Made by a program: the position numbers and the translations under genes. A stretch of 64,000 nucleotides of DNA from Myxococcota bacterium (GTDB lineage Bacteria > Myxococcota_A > UBA9160 > SZUA-336): NCBI GenBank assembly GCA_965247115.1, contig CBDFGR010000003.1:672001-736000 (forward strand). Reading direction: 5' to 3'. Shown in pieces: positions 46,357 through 55,651 of this stretch. A model generated the notes under the pieces. The model had not been told where the DNA came from and did not search any database. It saw nothing but the letters and a program-made list of their open reading frames with translations. The stretch's first letter is position 1; each line of letters opens with the position of its first letter.

Positions 46357-48816
46357 ATGCTCAGCGCCTACCGAGTGCTCGACCTCTCTGACGAGCGGGG
46401 CATGCTCTGCGGTCAGATCCTCGCCGACCTCGGCGCGGACGTGATCCAGGTCGAGCCCCCGGAAGGCTCACCCGTCCGCGCGCTGCCCCCGTTTTACAAG
46501 GACGACGTTCATCCCGAGAAGAGCCTCGCCTGGTGGGCGCTCGCCCGCGGCAAGCGCGGTATCCGTCTGGACCTCGAGAACGGCGAAGGCCGCGATCGCC
46601 TGAAGCTGCTGGCCGCGGGAGCGGACGTGCTGATCGAGTCGGCTCCGCCTGGGTCCATGGCCGCGCTGGGTCTGGGGCCAGACGATCTGCGCCCGATCAA
46701 CCCCACGTTGGTCTACGTGTCGATCAGCGCGTTCGGCCAGCGCGGACCCAAGTCGGACTACGCCGACACGGATCTCGTCGTCATGGCAGCGAGCGGGGCG
46801 CTTTACCTGACCGGCGACGAGGACCGCGCGCCGCTGCGGGCGAGCGTGCCTCAGGCGTTCGCGCACGCGAGCACCGACGCGGCGTGTGCGGCGCTGATCG
46901 CGCTCGCCGAGCGCCGCAGGTCGGGTCTGGGACAGTCGGTGGACGTGAGCGCGCAGCAGTCCGTCACGGTCGCGACCATGTTCGGGGCGCTCGACGTCCC
47001 GTACGGCGCGAAACCCCGAGGGCGGGCGGGCACCGGGCGGCGCGTCGGCGACCGCGTGATCCGCACCCACTACCGCGCGCGCGACGGCTGGGTGGTGATC
47101 GTGCCCGGATTTGCGCGACCCGTGGCCCACTTCACCAGGCGGCTCTTCGCGTGGGCCGCGGAGGAGGGCTTGTGCGACGAGTCCGTGCCCGAACGGAACT
47201 GGAGCGAATACGGGGTCGCACTCGTCAGCGGCGCCCTGTCCCAGGACGAGCACAGACTGCAGACCGAGTCGGTCATCGAACGCCTGCTCGCCTCGAGGAC
47301 GAGAGCCGAGATCTTGAAGCAGGCGCTTGCGCGCAAGCTGCTCCTCGCCCCAATTCTCTCGATCGGCGAGACGATGGAGAGCGAGCAATTCGTCGTGCGT
47401 GGCTACCCCACCGAGCTGGCCCACCCGGCGCTCGGCTGCTCGACCCGCTATCCGGGCCCGTTTGCGAGGTTCTCGCGCACGCCCCTGAGCTACCGCCGCT
47501 GCGCCCCGACCATCGGCGAGCACGAAGAGGAGCTCCTGGCCGAGCGTCCGCGAAGACCGACGATCCCGACAGCGGCTGAGGTGGACCGCGCCTCTGAGCG
47601 CGACCCCGCGTTGCCGCTCGCCGGCGTGAAGGTGCTCGACCTGTTCTGGGTGCTGGCCGGTCCGGGATCGACGCGCGTTCTCGCCGACTATGGCGCGACA
47701 GTCGTACACGCCGAGTCCATGCTCCGGAGGGACACGCTACGCGCGGTCGGCCCGCATCTCGGCGGGCGCTCGGGACCCGAGCGCTCGGGCCCGTTCCACA
47801 CGACGAACGCGGGAAAACTCGGGATCACCCTGGACCTGAGTCGGCCCGAGGGCCGGGACATCGTTCGCGACCTGGTGCGCTGGGCGGACGTGGTCACGGA
47901 GTCGTTCTCGCCAGGCGTGATGCAGGCCTGGGGCCTCGACTACGCGTCGCTGCGCGAGATCCGGCCGGACCTGATCATGATCTCGAGCTGCCTCATGGGC
48001 CAGACCGGGCCGATGCGATCGTTTGCGGGCTTCGGCGCGCTCGCCGCGTCGGTCACAGGGCTCCAGAACCTGGCGGGCTGGCCCGATCGTGCTCCCACCG
48101 GACCCTACGGCGCGTACACCGACTTCATCGCGGTTCGCTACAACGCGCTGGCGATCCTCGCGGCGCTCGAGCACCGCGCGCGCACGGGCGAAGGCCAGTA
48201 CGTCGACATGGCGCAGGCCGAGGCGGGTCTGCACTTCGTCGTACCGGCGGTGCTCGACTACACCGCAAACGGACGCAGTCCGGAGCCCCGCGCCAACTGG
48301 GATCCCGTACTCGCCCCGCACGGCGTCTATCCGACTGTTGGGACCGATCGCTGGGCCGCGATCGCCGTACGCGACGAGCGCGATTGGCGCGAGCTCTGCG
48401 CGGTGATCGGCCGACAGGATCTCGCGCGCGATCCAGAGCTCGCCACGGCTGCGGGTCGCCGCTCGCACTCCGGAGCGCTCGACGCAGCGATCTCCGAGTG
48501 GACTCGCGAGCGCGAGCCGGAGGCCGTGGAGAGCGCTCTGCAGGCGCGCGGAGTTCCGGCCCATGCCGTCCACGACATGGAGACCCTGTACCGCGACCGA
48601 CAGCTGGCCGCGCGCGAGCACTTCATCGAAGTCGAGCACCCCGAGCATGGCATGCTCGTGATCGAAGGGTCGCGGTCGCGTCTGTCGCGCACCCCGGCGC
48701 GCGCTCCGAAGCGGGCGCTCACCTACGGGTGCGACAACAGGAGCGTGCTAGAGGAGCTTCTTGGCTACTCTCCGCAACGGATCGCCGGCCTGGCCGAGAG
48801 GAGAATCCTGCTCTAG
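46357..48816 (+). CDS. Two-domain (fused) family III CoA transferase
   Basis: Two CaiB units: LSAYRVLDL...GADVIQVEPP and PLAGVKVLDL...NAGKLG. Confidence 0.92.
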   Translation: MLSAYRVLDLSDERGMLCGQILADLGADVIQVEPPEGSPVRALPPFYKDDVHPEKSLAWWALARGKRGIRLDLENGEGRDRLKLLAAGADVLIESAPPGSMAALGLGPDDLRPINPTLVYVSISAFGQRGPKSDYADTDLVVMAASGALYLTGDEDRAPLRASVPQAFAHASTDAACAALIALAERRRSGLGQSVDVSAQQSVTVATMFGALDVPYGAKPRGRAGTGRRVGDRVIRTHYRARDGWVVIVPGFARPVAHFTRRLFAWAAEEGLCDESVPERNWSEYGVALVSGALSQDEHRLQTESVIERLLASRTRAEILKQALARKLLLAPILSIGETMESEQFVVRGYPTELAHPALGCSTRYPGPFARFSRTPLSYRRCAPTIGEHEEELLAERPRRPTIPTAAEVDRASERDPALPLAGVKVLDLFWVLAGPGSTRVLADYGATVVHAESMLRRDTLRAVGPHLGGRSGPERSGPFHTTNAGKLGITLDLSRPEGRDIVRDLVRWADVVTESFSPGVMQAWGLDYASLREIRPDLIMISSCLMGQTGPMRSFAGFGALAASVTGLQNLAGWPDRAPTGPYGAYTDFIAVRYNALAILAALEHRARTGEGQYVDMAQAEAGLHFVVPAVLDYTANGRSPEPRANWDPVLAPHGVYPTVGTDRWAAIAVRDERDWRELCAVIGRQDLARDPELATAAGRRSHSGALDAAISEWTREREPEAVESALQARGVPAHAVHDMETLYRDRQLAAREHFIEVEHPEHGMLVIEGSRSRLSRTPARAPKRALTYGCDNRSVLEELLGYSPQRIAGLAERRILL

Positions 48817-49172
48817 TCCGGGCTCTCGGGAAGGAACCAGGGCTTCTCAAGGGCTTCGTCCGGCCAGAGGAACTCGAAGCCCGCGGCCAGGGCGTACCTC
48901 TTGTCCAGGTCCTCTCGGTCTCCGATGTGGTAGTACGCGTCCGCCTCGAACTCCGCCTTCACCTCGGGGAGCATGTGCTTGGAGACGGCAAACTTCGCGC
49001 GAATGTTGTGCTCGATCCAGATCGCCCGCTGCGTGCTGAGTGGACGGTCGGAACAACTCCCGATCACGAACCCCTTCTCCTGGGCTCGCCTCACCATGTC
49101 CATCGACAGGACTCCCGGTGGGTCACCCACGTCCAGGGTCCCGTCGATGTCAAAACTGATGAGGATCACCAC
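48813..49172 (-). CDS. Small HAD-superfamily hydrolase
   Basis: ISFDIDGTL, CSDR, K, HIGDREDLD. Confidence 0.85.
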   Translation of the reverse strand: MVILISFDIDGTLDVGDPPGVLSMDMVRRAQEKGFVIGSCSDRPLSTQRAIWIEHNIRAKFAVSKHMLPEVKAEFEADAYYHIGDREDLDKRYALAAGFEFLWPDEALEKPWFLPESPD

Positions 49173-49191
49173 AGCATCGCCCCGAGACGGA

Positions 49192-50514
49192 TCAATCTGG
49201 AGTCGCGCTCCACAGCACAAAGGAGCCATAGAGGGGCATTGGGCCGCCCGATACACCGATCTCCGGCTTGACGCCCGTGATCTGTCGACCGCCAGCGCGT
49301 CCCTGCAGCTGCTGGATGGAATCGCTGTGCATCCAGAAACGGCTGCGGCCACTCCCGATGTTTCCACCGCTGGGTGACACCGGGTTCGGGCCCTCAATAC
49401 TGATGTCCGTCTGGTAGAAGTCCAGGGCTTCGCCGAACTTGATGCCGCGGTAGCCGAGTCCCTCCAGGTGGAATTGATGGAACAGGGAGAACCCGTCGTA
49501 CATGTTCTCGAAGGAGAGATCTGACGCGTGGATCCCGGCCCCCTCGTAGATCTTCCTTGCCGTGCTGGCCGTATTCTCCTCGACCTCGGCGAGCGTTGGG
49601 GTGAGGCTTCGATGGCTCGCCCTGGTCGACGCGTGGTTCCACACATAGACGGGCTCTTGCTTCATGTGTCGCGCCCGATCGGCGGTCGTGAACAGGTACG
49701 CAGCCGACACCATGATGGGTATGTCGTTGTCGAACAAACTCGCAGGCTTGGCGATCCAACGCGCGGCCAGGTAGTCCTCCGTCGTCAACTGCTCCGGCCT
49801 GTGCTGGGCCCAGTAGCCCTCAGGGAACATCAAGCCGTTCCGTCTCGAGTTCGAAATGAACGGAGCCATCATCTCGTGGGTCTTGCCGTACTTGCGACAG
49901 TACTCGGCAAACTGCAGGGCCGTCCCGTAACACGCAGGGGTTCCCCACAGATTTCGAATCGCGCTGGTCCCCGCAACTGCGCCGGCGGCGTTGGACCCTC
50001 CCTGGTAGTACCGACCCTCGAAGTTGTGCCAGCCCTTGAGCACCAGGCACGTACTCGCGCGGCCATCGCCGACCGCCTGTGCAGCCACGCACAGGGCGTT
50101 GGACATACAGGTCGGACCGTACATGGCGAACTCGACGTTGGTGAGCTCGGGCATATTGTTCAAGATCCACTCGGCGCTCAGCTGGGCGATGCCGTCCAGC
50201 GGATCGCTCGTGGGCTTGAAGGCATTCACGACCTCCGCCGGGACGGGTTTCCCCTTCGGCCAGAAGGCCCCCGTCGTTGTCACGGGATCGAGGACCAAAC
50301 CGTCGATCTCGTCGGGGGATACACCCGCGTCCTCGATTGCCCTTCTCAGCGCCAAGACGCTGTTAGCGCCCAGCGACGTCTCGGGTTTCCCGTCCCAGCG
50401 GCGGGAGGTCGGTGAGTGCCCGACGCCGACCGCCGCCACCTTCCCCCGGTGCTCCCAGACCCCGAGCCCCTCTGCGGTTCGATACATGGAATCCGGAGCC
50501 GTTTCTGTGGTCAT
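49192..50514 (-). CDS. Thiolase-like protein (SCP-x/Ltp2 type)
   Basis: AVGVGHS, YLAARWIAKP, YDGFS, PVSPSGGNIG; paired with a DUF35 gene. Confidence 0.85.
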   Translation of the reverse strand: MTTETAPDSMYRTAEGLGVWEHRGKVAAVGVGHSPTSRRWDGKPETSLGANSVLALRRAIEDAGVSPDEIDGLVLDPVTTTGAFWPKGKPVPAEVVNAFKPTSDPLDGIAQLSAEWILNNMPELTNVEFAMYGPTCMSNALCVAAQAVGDGRASTCLVLKGWHNFEGRYYQGGSNAAGAVAGTSAIRNLWGTPACYGTALQFAEYCRKYGKTHEMMAPFISNSRRNGLMFPEGYWAQHRPEQLTTEDYLAARWIAKPASLFDNDIPIMVSAAYLFTTADRARHMKQEPVYVWNHASTRASHRSLTPTLAEVEENTASTARKIYEGAGIHASDLSFENMYDGFSLFHQFHLEGLGYRGIKFGEALDFYQTDISIEGPNPVSPSGGNIGSGRSRFWMHSDSIQQLQGRAGGRQITGVKPEIGVSGGPMPLYGSFVLWSATPD

Positions 50515-50945
50515 GCATCACCCCTGTCGCGGTCGGTCCGCTCGACCCGCCATTCGGGGACCCTCTGACCGTTCGCGGTCGCCTCGAAGATCACCTCGAC
50601 CTTGGCCCCCACAGGGACCTCATCGACGGGAGTGCCGGGTAGGTGGGAGTACATCTGGATACCCGGGTCCTCGTCCAACATGATCACCGCGACGTTGAAC
50701 GGTTGATCGTCCTGAAGCCGCGAGACGGGGCAGTCGTACACGACGCCGTAGTTGTAGATCTTGCCCCGTCCACTCATGGTCCTCCATCCGAGCTCGTTCT
50801 CGGAGCCGCACTGACGACATCGCGTCGCCGGCGGGTGCTGGAGCGTGTCGCAGGCCTTGCAGTTCTGGATGACCAACTGCCCTTCGTTGGCGGCATCCCA
50901 AAAAGGCCGGGTCAACTCGTCGGGTTCCACTCCCTGCTTTGCCAT
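50511..50945 (-). CDS. DUF35 Zn-ribbon/OB-fold protein
   Basis: PFWDAANEG, CKAC..CRQC, SGRGKIY; overlaps the thiolase start. Confidence 0.92.
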   Translation of the reverse strand: MAKQGVEPDELTRPFWDAANEGQLVIQNCKACDTLQHPPATRCRQCGSENELGWRTMSGRGKIYNYGVVYDCPVSRLQDDQPFNVAVIMLDEDPGIQMYSHLPGTPVDEVPVGAKVEVIFEATANGQRVPEWRVERTDRDRGDA

Positions 50946-51089
50946 CGCTCCCCAGGTTCCCTCCGCTTCCGCTTCTGATTCTGCGCGACCTCGAAGGGTG
51001 CCAGTGTACTAGTCGGATCCCCTCTGCGCAGAGCCTTCGCCACGCATGTGGAGCTCCAGCACGCCGAGAGCTCCTTCCGGCAGCAGCTG

Positions 51090-51560
51090 CTAGTCGGCGA
51101 CCCGCCAGCGAATCCGCCTGCTGCCGAGGACCTCCCGGAGGCTCTGATGCGTCAGGCGCTCCACCTCCTCCTTCGAGCGCTCGTCTACTTTCGACCGAAT
51201 CCTGAGCTCTGATCTAGCCCCGTCGAGCGGCTCCACCGACCATCTGGACTCGACTTCGGAGCCATCCGAGAGGGTGCCTCGGGCTTCGAACTCCCGATTC
51301 TCCCGGTCGTCCTTGACGATCTCCGCGTCCGGATTCCGCTGCTTGATGACTCGCGACATCGTGGCGTAAAGCTCGTCGGGATTGCGGTCCACCTCGATGG
51401 TGACCGTGTATGTGTCCGAGAGCCACTTCTCGTAGGCCTTGTACCCAGCCCAGGGGATCAGGGCAACGCAGGCGACTAGCTGACTCGCCACGATCACGGA
51501 CGCGGCGACGTTTATCCGCACTCGAACTCTTCCAACGCCACCGCTTGTCTTCGACTCCAT
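51090..51560 (-). CDS. Hypothetical lipoprotein/exported protein
   Basis: Hydrophobic N-terminus with LVAC; small alpha/beta domain. Confidence 0.6.
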   Translation of the reverse strand: MESKTSGGVGRVRVRINVAASVIVASQLVACVALIPWAGYKAYEKWLSDTYTVTIEVDRNPDELYATMSRVIKQRNPDAEIVKDDRENREFEARGTLSDGSEVESRWSVEPLDGARSELRIRSKVDERSKEEVERLTHQSLREVLGSRRIRWRVAD

Positions 51561-51618
51561 GTGATGTTCCCCCCGGTACCCGCACCAAGCGCTTCACGGG
51601 AGCAGACACCCTCGCATC

Positions 51619-52170
51619 TTGACCACCTCGGGATCAACCGCATTGCACTCTGCGATTGGCAGTAGAATCGTGCGTGTGAGTTCCCGGTCTCCACGACACG
51701 AGATCCACCCCTCCCCGGCGCCTCAGCTCGCCGCTCTCTCCTTTCTGATCGGGCGGCTGCGTGGGGAAGGCTGGCTCGGCGACCGGAGCTATCACTACAC
51801 GAAGGAAGTGGCGGGCTCCTGGGTGGCCGGCGGGCACCATGTGCTCGTCGAGATGAGCGCCGACTACCCTGTGCGCAACCACGTGCGCGACCACCACTCG
51901 GTGGTGATGGTGGTGTCGGCGGGCCCCGACGAGGGGTCGCTGGTGTCCCGGGTCTACGACGACGGCGGGGCCATCATCGAGTATCACCCTACCCCCACTC
52001 CGGACGGCCTGGTCTTCGATGACCGGGTTCCCCACGGCTCGAAAGCGACCCGAGCGCGCAAGATCCTGCGGGCCCGGAGCTTCGGTTACGAGGAGACCCT
52101 GGAAGTCGATATGGGCGACGGGGCGTTTGTCCCGTATGCGGAGATCGAGCTGCACCGGAGCACGGATTGA
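51619..52170 (+). CDS. Hypothetical beta-barrel (DUF1579/lipocalin-like) protein
   Basis: LAALSFLIGRLRGEG start motif followed by beta strands; true start probably further downstream. Confidence 0.55.
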   Translation: MTTSGSTALHSAIGSRIVRVSSRSPRHEIHPSPAPQLAALSFLIGRLRGEGWLGDRSYHYTKEVAGSWVAGGHHVLVEMSADYPVRNHVRDHHSVVMVVSAGPDEGSLVSRVYDDGGAIIEYHPTPTPDGLVFDDRVPHGSKATRARKILRARSFGYEETLEVDMGDGAFVPYAEIELHRSTD

Positions 52171-52190
52171 ACGGCAGCTCCTGCCGGCTC

Positions 52191-53312
52191 TCAGGGGGAT
52201 GCGGCAGACCGCGAGCCGTCGGAGCCCGGCTCGAGATCTCGGAATCCCACCAGCCTGCCCCGTTTCTCGTCCCACAGCGAGAGCCAGATTGCTCTCCTGC
52301 TCTCGGCCATGGTCAGGCGCCGCACCCCTTTGAGCTCTGGATTGGCCTCCAAGCCCTCGCGCAGCCGGTAGTTCGGGATCTTGCTGTTCAGGTGGTGGAT
52401 GTGGTGAAGTCCAATGTCCCCGGTGAACCAACTCAGGACCCCCGGTAGCTCGGAGTAGCTGCTCCCCTGCATCGCTGCAGTGCGAAAGTCCCAGTCCTGT
52501 TGCCGTTCCCAGTAGGTGTTCTCGAACTGGTGGTGAACGTAGAAGAGCCACACGCCCACGATCGACGCCATCACGACAATCGGGACGTGAACCATCAGAA
52601 AGCGCTCGATGCCGAGCATCGAGACCATGATGGCCGCAACCCCGAGGATGACCAGGTCTGTCGAGAGCGCGCTGACCCAGGCCCTTCTCCCTGCGTGGAA
52701 CAGGTCCGATGGCAGCCGGTGCCTCAGGAGAAATTGGTAGGCCGGACCGATGCCGAACAGGACGAGAGGATTTCGGTAGAGACGGTAGGCGAGCTTCCCC
52801 CGCACAGGGAGTGAGACGTACTCGTTCACCGTCAACGTGCTGATGTCACCAACTCCTCGGCGACTTAGATTCCCCGAGGTGGCGTGGTGGATCGCATGAG
52901 CGTTGCGCCAGTCCGCATACGGAGTCAGCGTCAGAACCCCAATCAGACGGCCCAGCACGTCGTTGGCCCATCGGGACCGGAAGAACGAGCCGTGCCCACA
53001 GTCGTGCTGGATGATGAAGAACCGCACGAGGAGGCCGGCCGCCGGGACCGCCAGGAGTAGTGTGGCCCAGTAGGAGTAGTCCAGGCTGAGGAGCATTGCG
53101 GCCCAGACGACCACAAAAGGGATCGCGGTGGAGAGCACCTGCCCGATGCTCCGGCCCAAGACGGGTTTCCTGTAGGCCGTGAGGGCATCGGCCGATCCGG
53201 CTACACGATGATGTTGCGGCGTCTCCAGGAGTCTCTCCCGGCCCAGACCATGGTCCCGCATGGACCATAACCGGTTCGCGCTGCCTCCGCAGCAGCTGGG
53301 GCGGGTGACCAT
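52191..53312 (-). CDS. Membrane fatty acid desaturase
   Basis: His boxes HDCGH, HAIHH, HHIHH; TM helices; start uncertain. Confidence 0.93.
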   Translation of the reverse strand: MVTRPSCCGGSANRLWSMRDHGLGRERLLETPQHHRVAGSADALTAYRKPVLGRSIGQVLSTAIPFVVVWAAMLLSLDYSYWATLLLAVPAAGLLVRFFIIQHDCGHGSFFRSRWANDVLGRLIGVLTLTPYADWRNAHAIHHATSGNLSRRGVGDISTLTVNEYVSLPVRGKLAYRLYRNPLVLFGIGPAYQFLLRHRLPSDLFHAGRRAWVSALSTDLVILGVAAIMVSMLGIERFLMVHVPIVVMASIVGVWLFYVHHQFENTYWERQQDWDFRTAAMQGSSYSELPGVLSWFTGDIGLHHIHHLNSKIPNYRLREGLEANPELKGVRRLTMAESRRAIWLSLWDEKRGRLVGFRDLEPGSDGSRSAASP

Positions 53313-53411
53313 TCAGCACGATTTCGCTGGCGAGCTTGTTCGGAGGTGTCGAGGTAGGGCGACTGACTATCTGAAAGCCCTGTCTGGTATCGTCGCCTTC
53401 AGGAGGAACAG

Positions 53412-54041
53412 ATGATCAAGCTATACGGCGCTCCACTGAGCAACTACTACAACATGGTCAAGACCGCGTTGATCGAGAAGGGCATCGAGTTCGAGGCCCT
53501 GATGCAGCCGCCGTCCCAGGAGGACGACTACCGCGCCAAGAGCGCGATGGGAAAGATCCCCTGCATCGAGACCGAGCGAGGGTTTCTGGCTGAGAGCTCC
53601 GCCATTCTCGACCACCTCGAGGACATCCAGCCGGAGCCGGCGCTCCTGCCCCCCGACCAGTACGCACGCGCCAAGGTGCGTGAGCTGTCGAGATCACTCG
53701 AGCTCTATATCGAGCTGGTGGCACGTCGCGGATACGGCGCCTTGCGCGGCAAGGACCCATCGGACGACGTGAAAGCGGGGATCAAGCGGGACCTCGAGAG
53801 GGGCGTGGAGGCCATCAAGCGGCTGGCGAAGTTCTCGCCCTGGATCGCAGGCGACACGTTCACCTACGCAGACCTGGTTGGCTACTTTGCCTTCCTCCTC
53901 GGCAACATGTCTGCCAAGGCCAACGCCGACACCGATCTGCTCGCTGCGATCCCGGGCGCCCAGGCGTGGTTCGACAAGGTGGGCGAGCGCGGTTCCGTCA
54001 AGCAGGCCCTCGCAGATCAGGCCGCTGCCCGCAGAGGTTGA
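53412..54041 (+). CDS. Glutathione S-transferase family protein
   Basis: SNYYNMVK, MGKIP, LAESSAI, FTYADL; AGGAGG RBS. Confidence 0.92.
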   Translation: MIKLYGAPLSNYYNMVKTALIEKGIEFEALMQPPSQEDDYRAKSAMGKIPCIETERGFLAESSAILDHLEDIQPEPALLPPDQYARAKVRELSRSLELYIELVARRGYGALRGKDPSDDVKAGIKRDLERGVEAIKRLAKFSPWIAGDTFTYADLVGYFAFLLGNMSAKANADTDLLAAIPGAQAWFDKVGERGSVKQALADQAAARRG

Positions 54042-54063
54042 CCGGGACCGCCACAGCGCTGCG

Positions 54064-54720
54064 TCAGGGCCTGGTCGCCTCGACGTGGATGGCGTCCATT
54101 GGCATGTCCTCCACGGGCTCGACGACGCTGCGGTCGATGGTGAACCCGGCCTCGCGGATCCAAGCGTCTACCTCGGCCTGGGAATACCTTCGGGCCAGGA
54201 CATCAGACGTGTCTCCGTAGTCAATGTGCCCGGAACCTTCCCAGGTGGCGACAACCAGCTGGCCGCCCGCCTTCAGTACGCGGGACCACTCCTCCATGGC
54301 CTGCGCAGCGTCTTTCGCGTCCAGGTGGTGAAGAGCAAAGAAACTCACAACGGCTGCCGTGGATCCGGATAGCGTCTTGGTCAGGTCACGCATGTCGCCC
54401 TTCAGGACTTCGGCCGCCGGCCCTAGCGCCTTGCGGGCCATCGACACCATCTTCGGGGACAGATCCATTCCAACCAGCGCTCGCTCCCCGTCGAACTTGT
54501 CGTGATACAGCCTCAACATATGCCCCGGTCCGCAGGATGTATCCAGGACGGGACCCGGTAGCGAACGGATTCTCTCGGCCAACCTGCCCAACGTGTCGGC
54601 GTACAAGGGCAGGCCGATTTCCGCATCCATGATCTCCGCGTACCACTAAGCGGACTCGTCGTAGAGCGCCTGCACGTCCTCTGCGGGTGACAACGCCGTA
54701 TCGTCGGCTGACGTCGACAT
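54064..54720 (-). CDS. Class I SAM methyltransferase with an in-frame TAG near the N-terminus
   Basis: VLDTSCGPG, GMDLS, GDMRDL; upstream in-frame MSTSADD..VQALYDESA*WYAEIMD with TAG at 54646-54648. Confidence 0.8.
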
Positions 54721-54851
54721 CTGACCGCAGTGTACCGTCCGACGTCCTCTCGGCCCACTCCACCGAGTGGCGTGCTCCGCGCGCTAGGGCCGCCCGACCG
54801 ACTGGTGTAAGGTTAGTCTGCTACCGCAGAAACGCGGCAGGATTCCTCCCC

Positions 54852-55613
54852 ATGCGCATTGCTATCTCTCTCATCGCCGCGATCGCAGTCGTCGTCGTGG
54901 CCGTGCTGCTGTACGTCACAGCCTCACTCGACTCCCTGGTAAAGCAGGGCATCGAGACCTATGGCTCGCGGATCGTGGGCGCGCCCGAACGCGTGGGCTC
55001 GGTCGAGATCTCGCTGAGCACCGGCCGCGGGACTCTGCGCGAGCTGAGCGTCAGCAACCCGGAGGGCTTCTCGAACGGGGATGCGCTGCGGCTGGCTGAG
55101 ATCACTCTGGACATCCAACCGAGCTCATTGACACAGGAACCGCTCGTCATCCAGGAGATCACGATTCTGGGTCCGCAAGTAAACGCTGAGGTCTCGGCGA
55201 GCGGCAGCACGAACATCGACGTGCTGCGGCGGAATGTCTCGGCGTACGCCGGGACGAGCTCGGACGGCGGATCGACACCCAGCCCCGAGGCGGTGGACGA
55301 CACCCCACCGCCTCTGCTGCGCATCAACGAGCTCACGTTCGCGGACGGCGTGCTCGCTGCCGACACCACGGCCATCGGTGGCGACGTTCGTACCCTGGAG
55401 CTCGCTCCGCTGCGGCTCGCAGAGCTCGGGGGCAAGAATGGGCAGCCGGTCGACGTGATCGCGAAGAGCATCCTCGACGCCTACACACGCAGCGTGGCCA
55501 GCGTCGTCGCGAAGGACGTCGCGGCCAGTCGCGCAGGGAAGCTGATCGACGAGAAGATCGGCGGTGAGCTCGGCGAGGCCGCCAGGGGCTTGCTCGATAG
55601 AGTTCTCGACTAG
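54852..55613 (+). CDS. AsmA/DUF748-like envelope protein
   Basis: N-terminal TM anchor; LSVSNPEGFS, PLVIQEITI motifs. Confidence 0.75.
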   Translation: MRIAISLIAAIAVVVVAVLLYVTASLDSLVKQGIETYGSRIVGAPERVGSVEISLSTGRGTLRELSVSNPEGFSNGDALRLAEITLDIQPSSLTQEPLVIQEITILGPQVNAEVSASGSTNIDVLRRNVSAYAGTSSDGGSTPSPEAVDDTPPPLLRINELTFADGVLAADTTAIGGDVRTLELAPLRLAELGGKNGQPVDVIAKSILDAYTRSVASVVAKDVAASRAGKLIDEKIGGELGEAARGLLDRVLD

Positions 55614-55651
55614 CAGATGTAGGTCCGGGCGAGGTCCAGGCAGGTTGCGCG

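Noticed and set aside
54646..54648. Pyrrolysine recoding
   Set aside because: No pyl genes in the window and not a methylamine methyltransferase family
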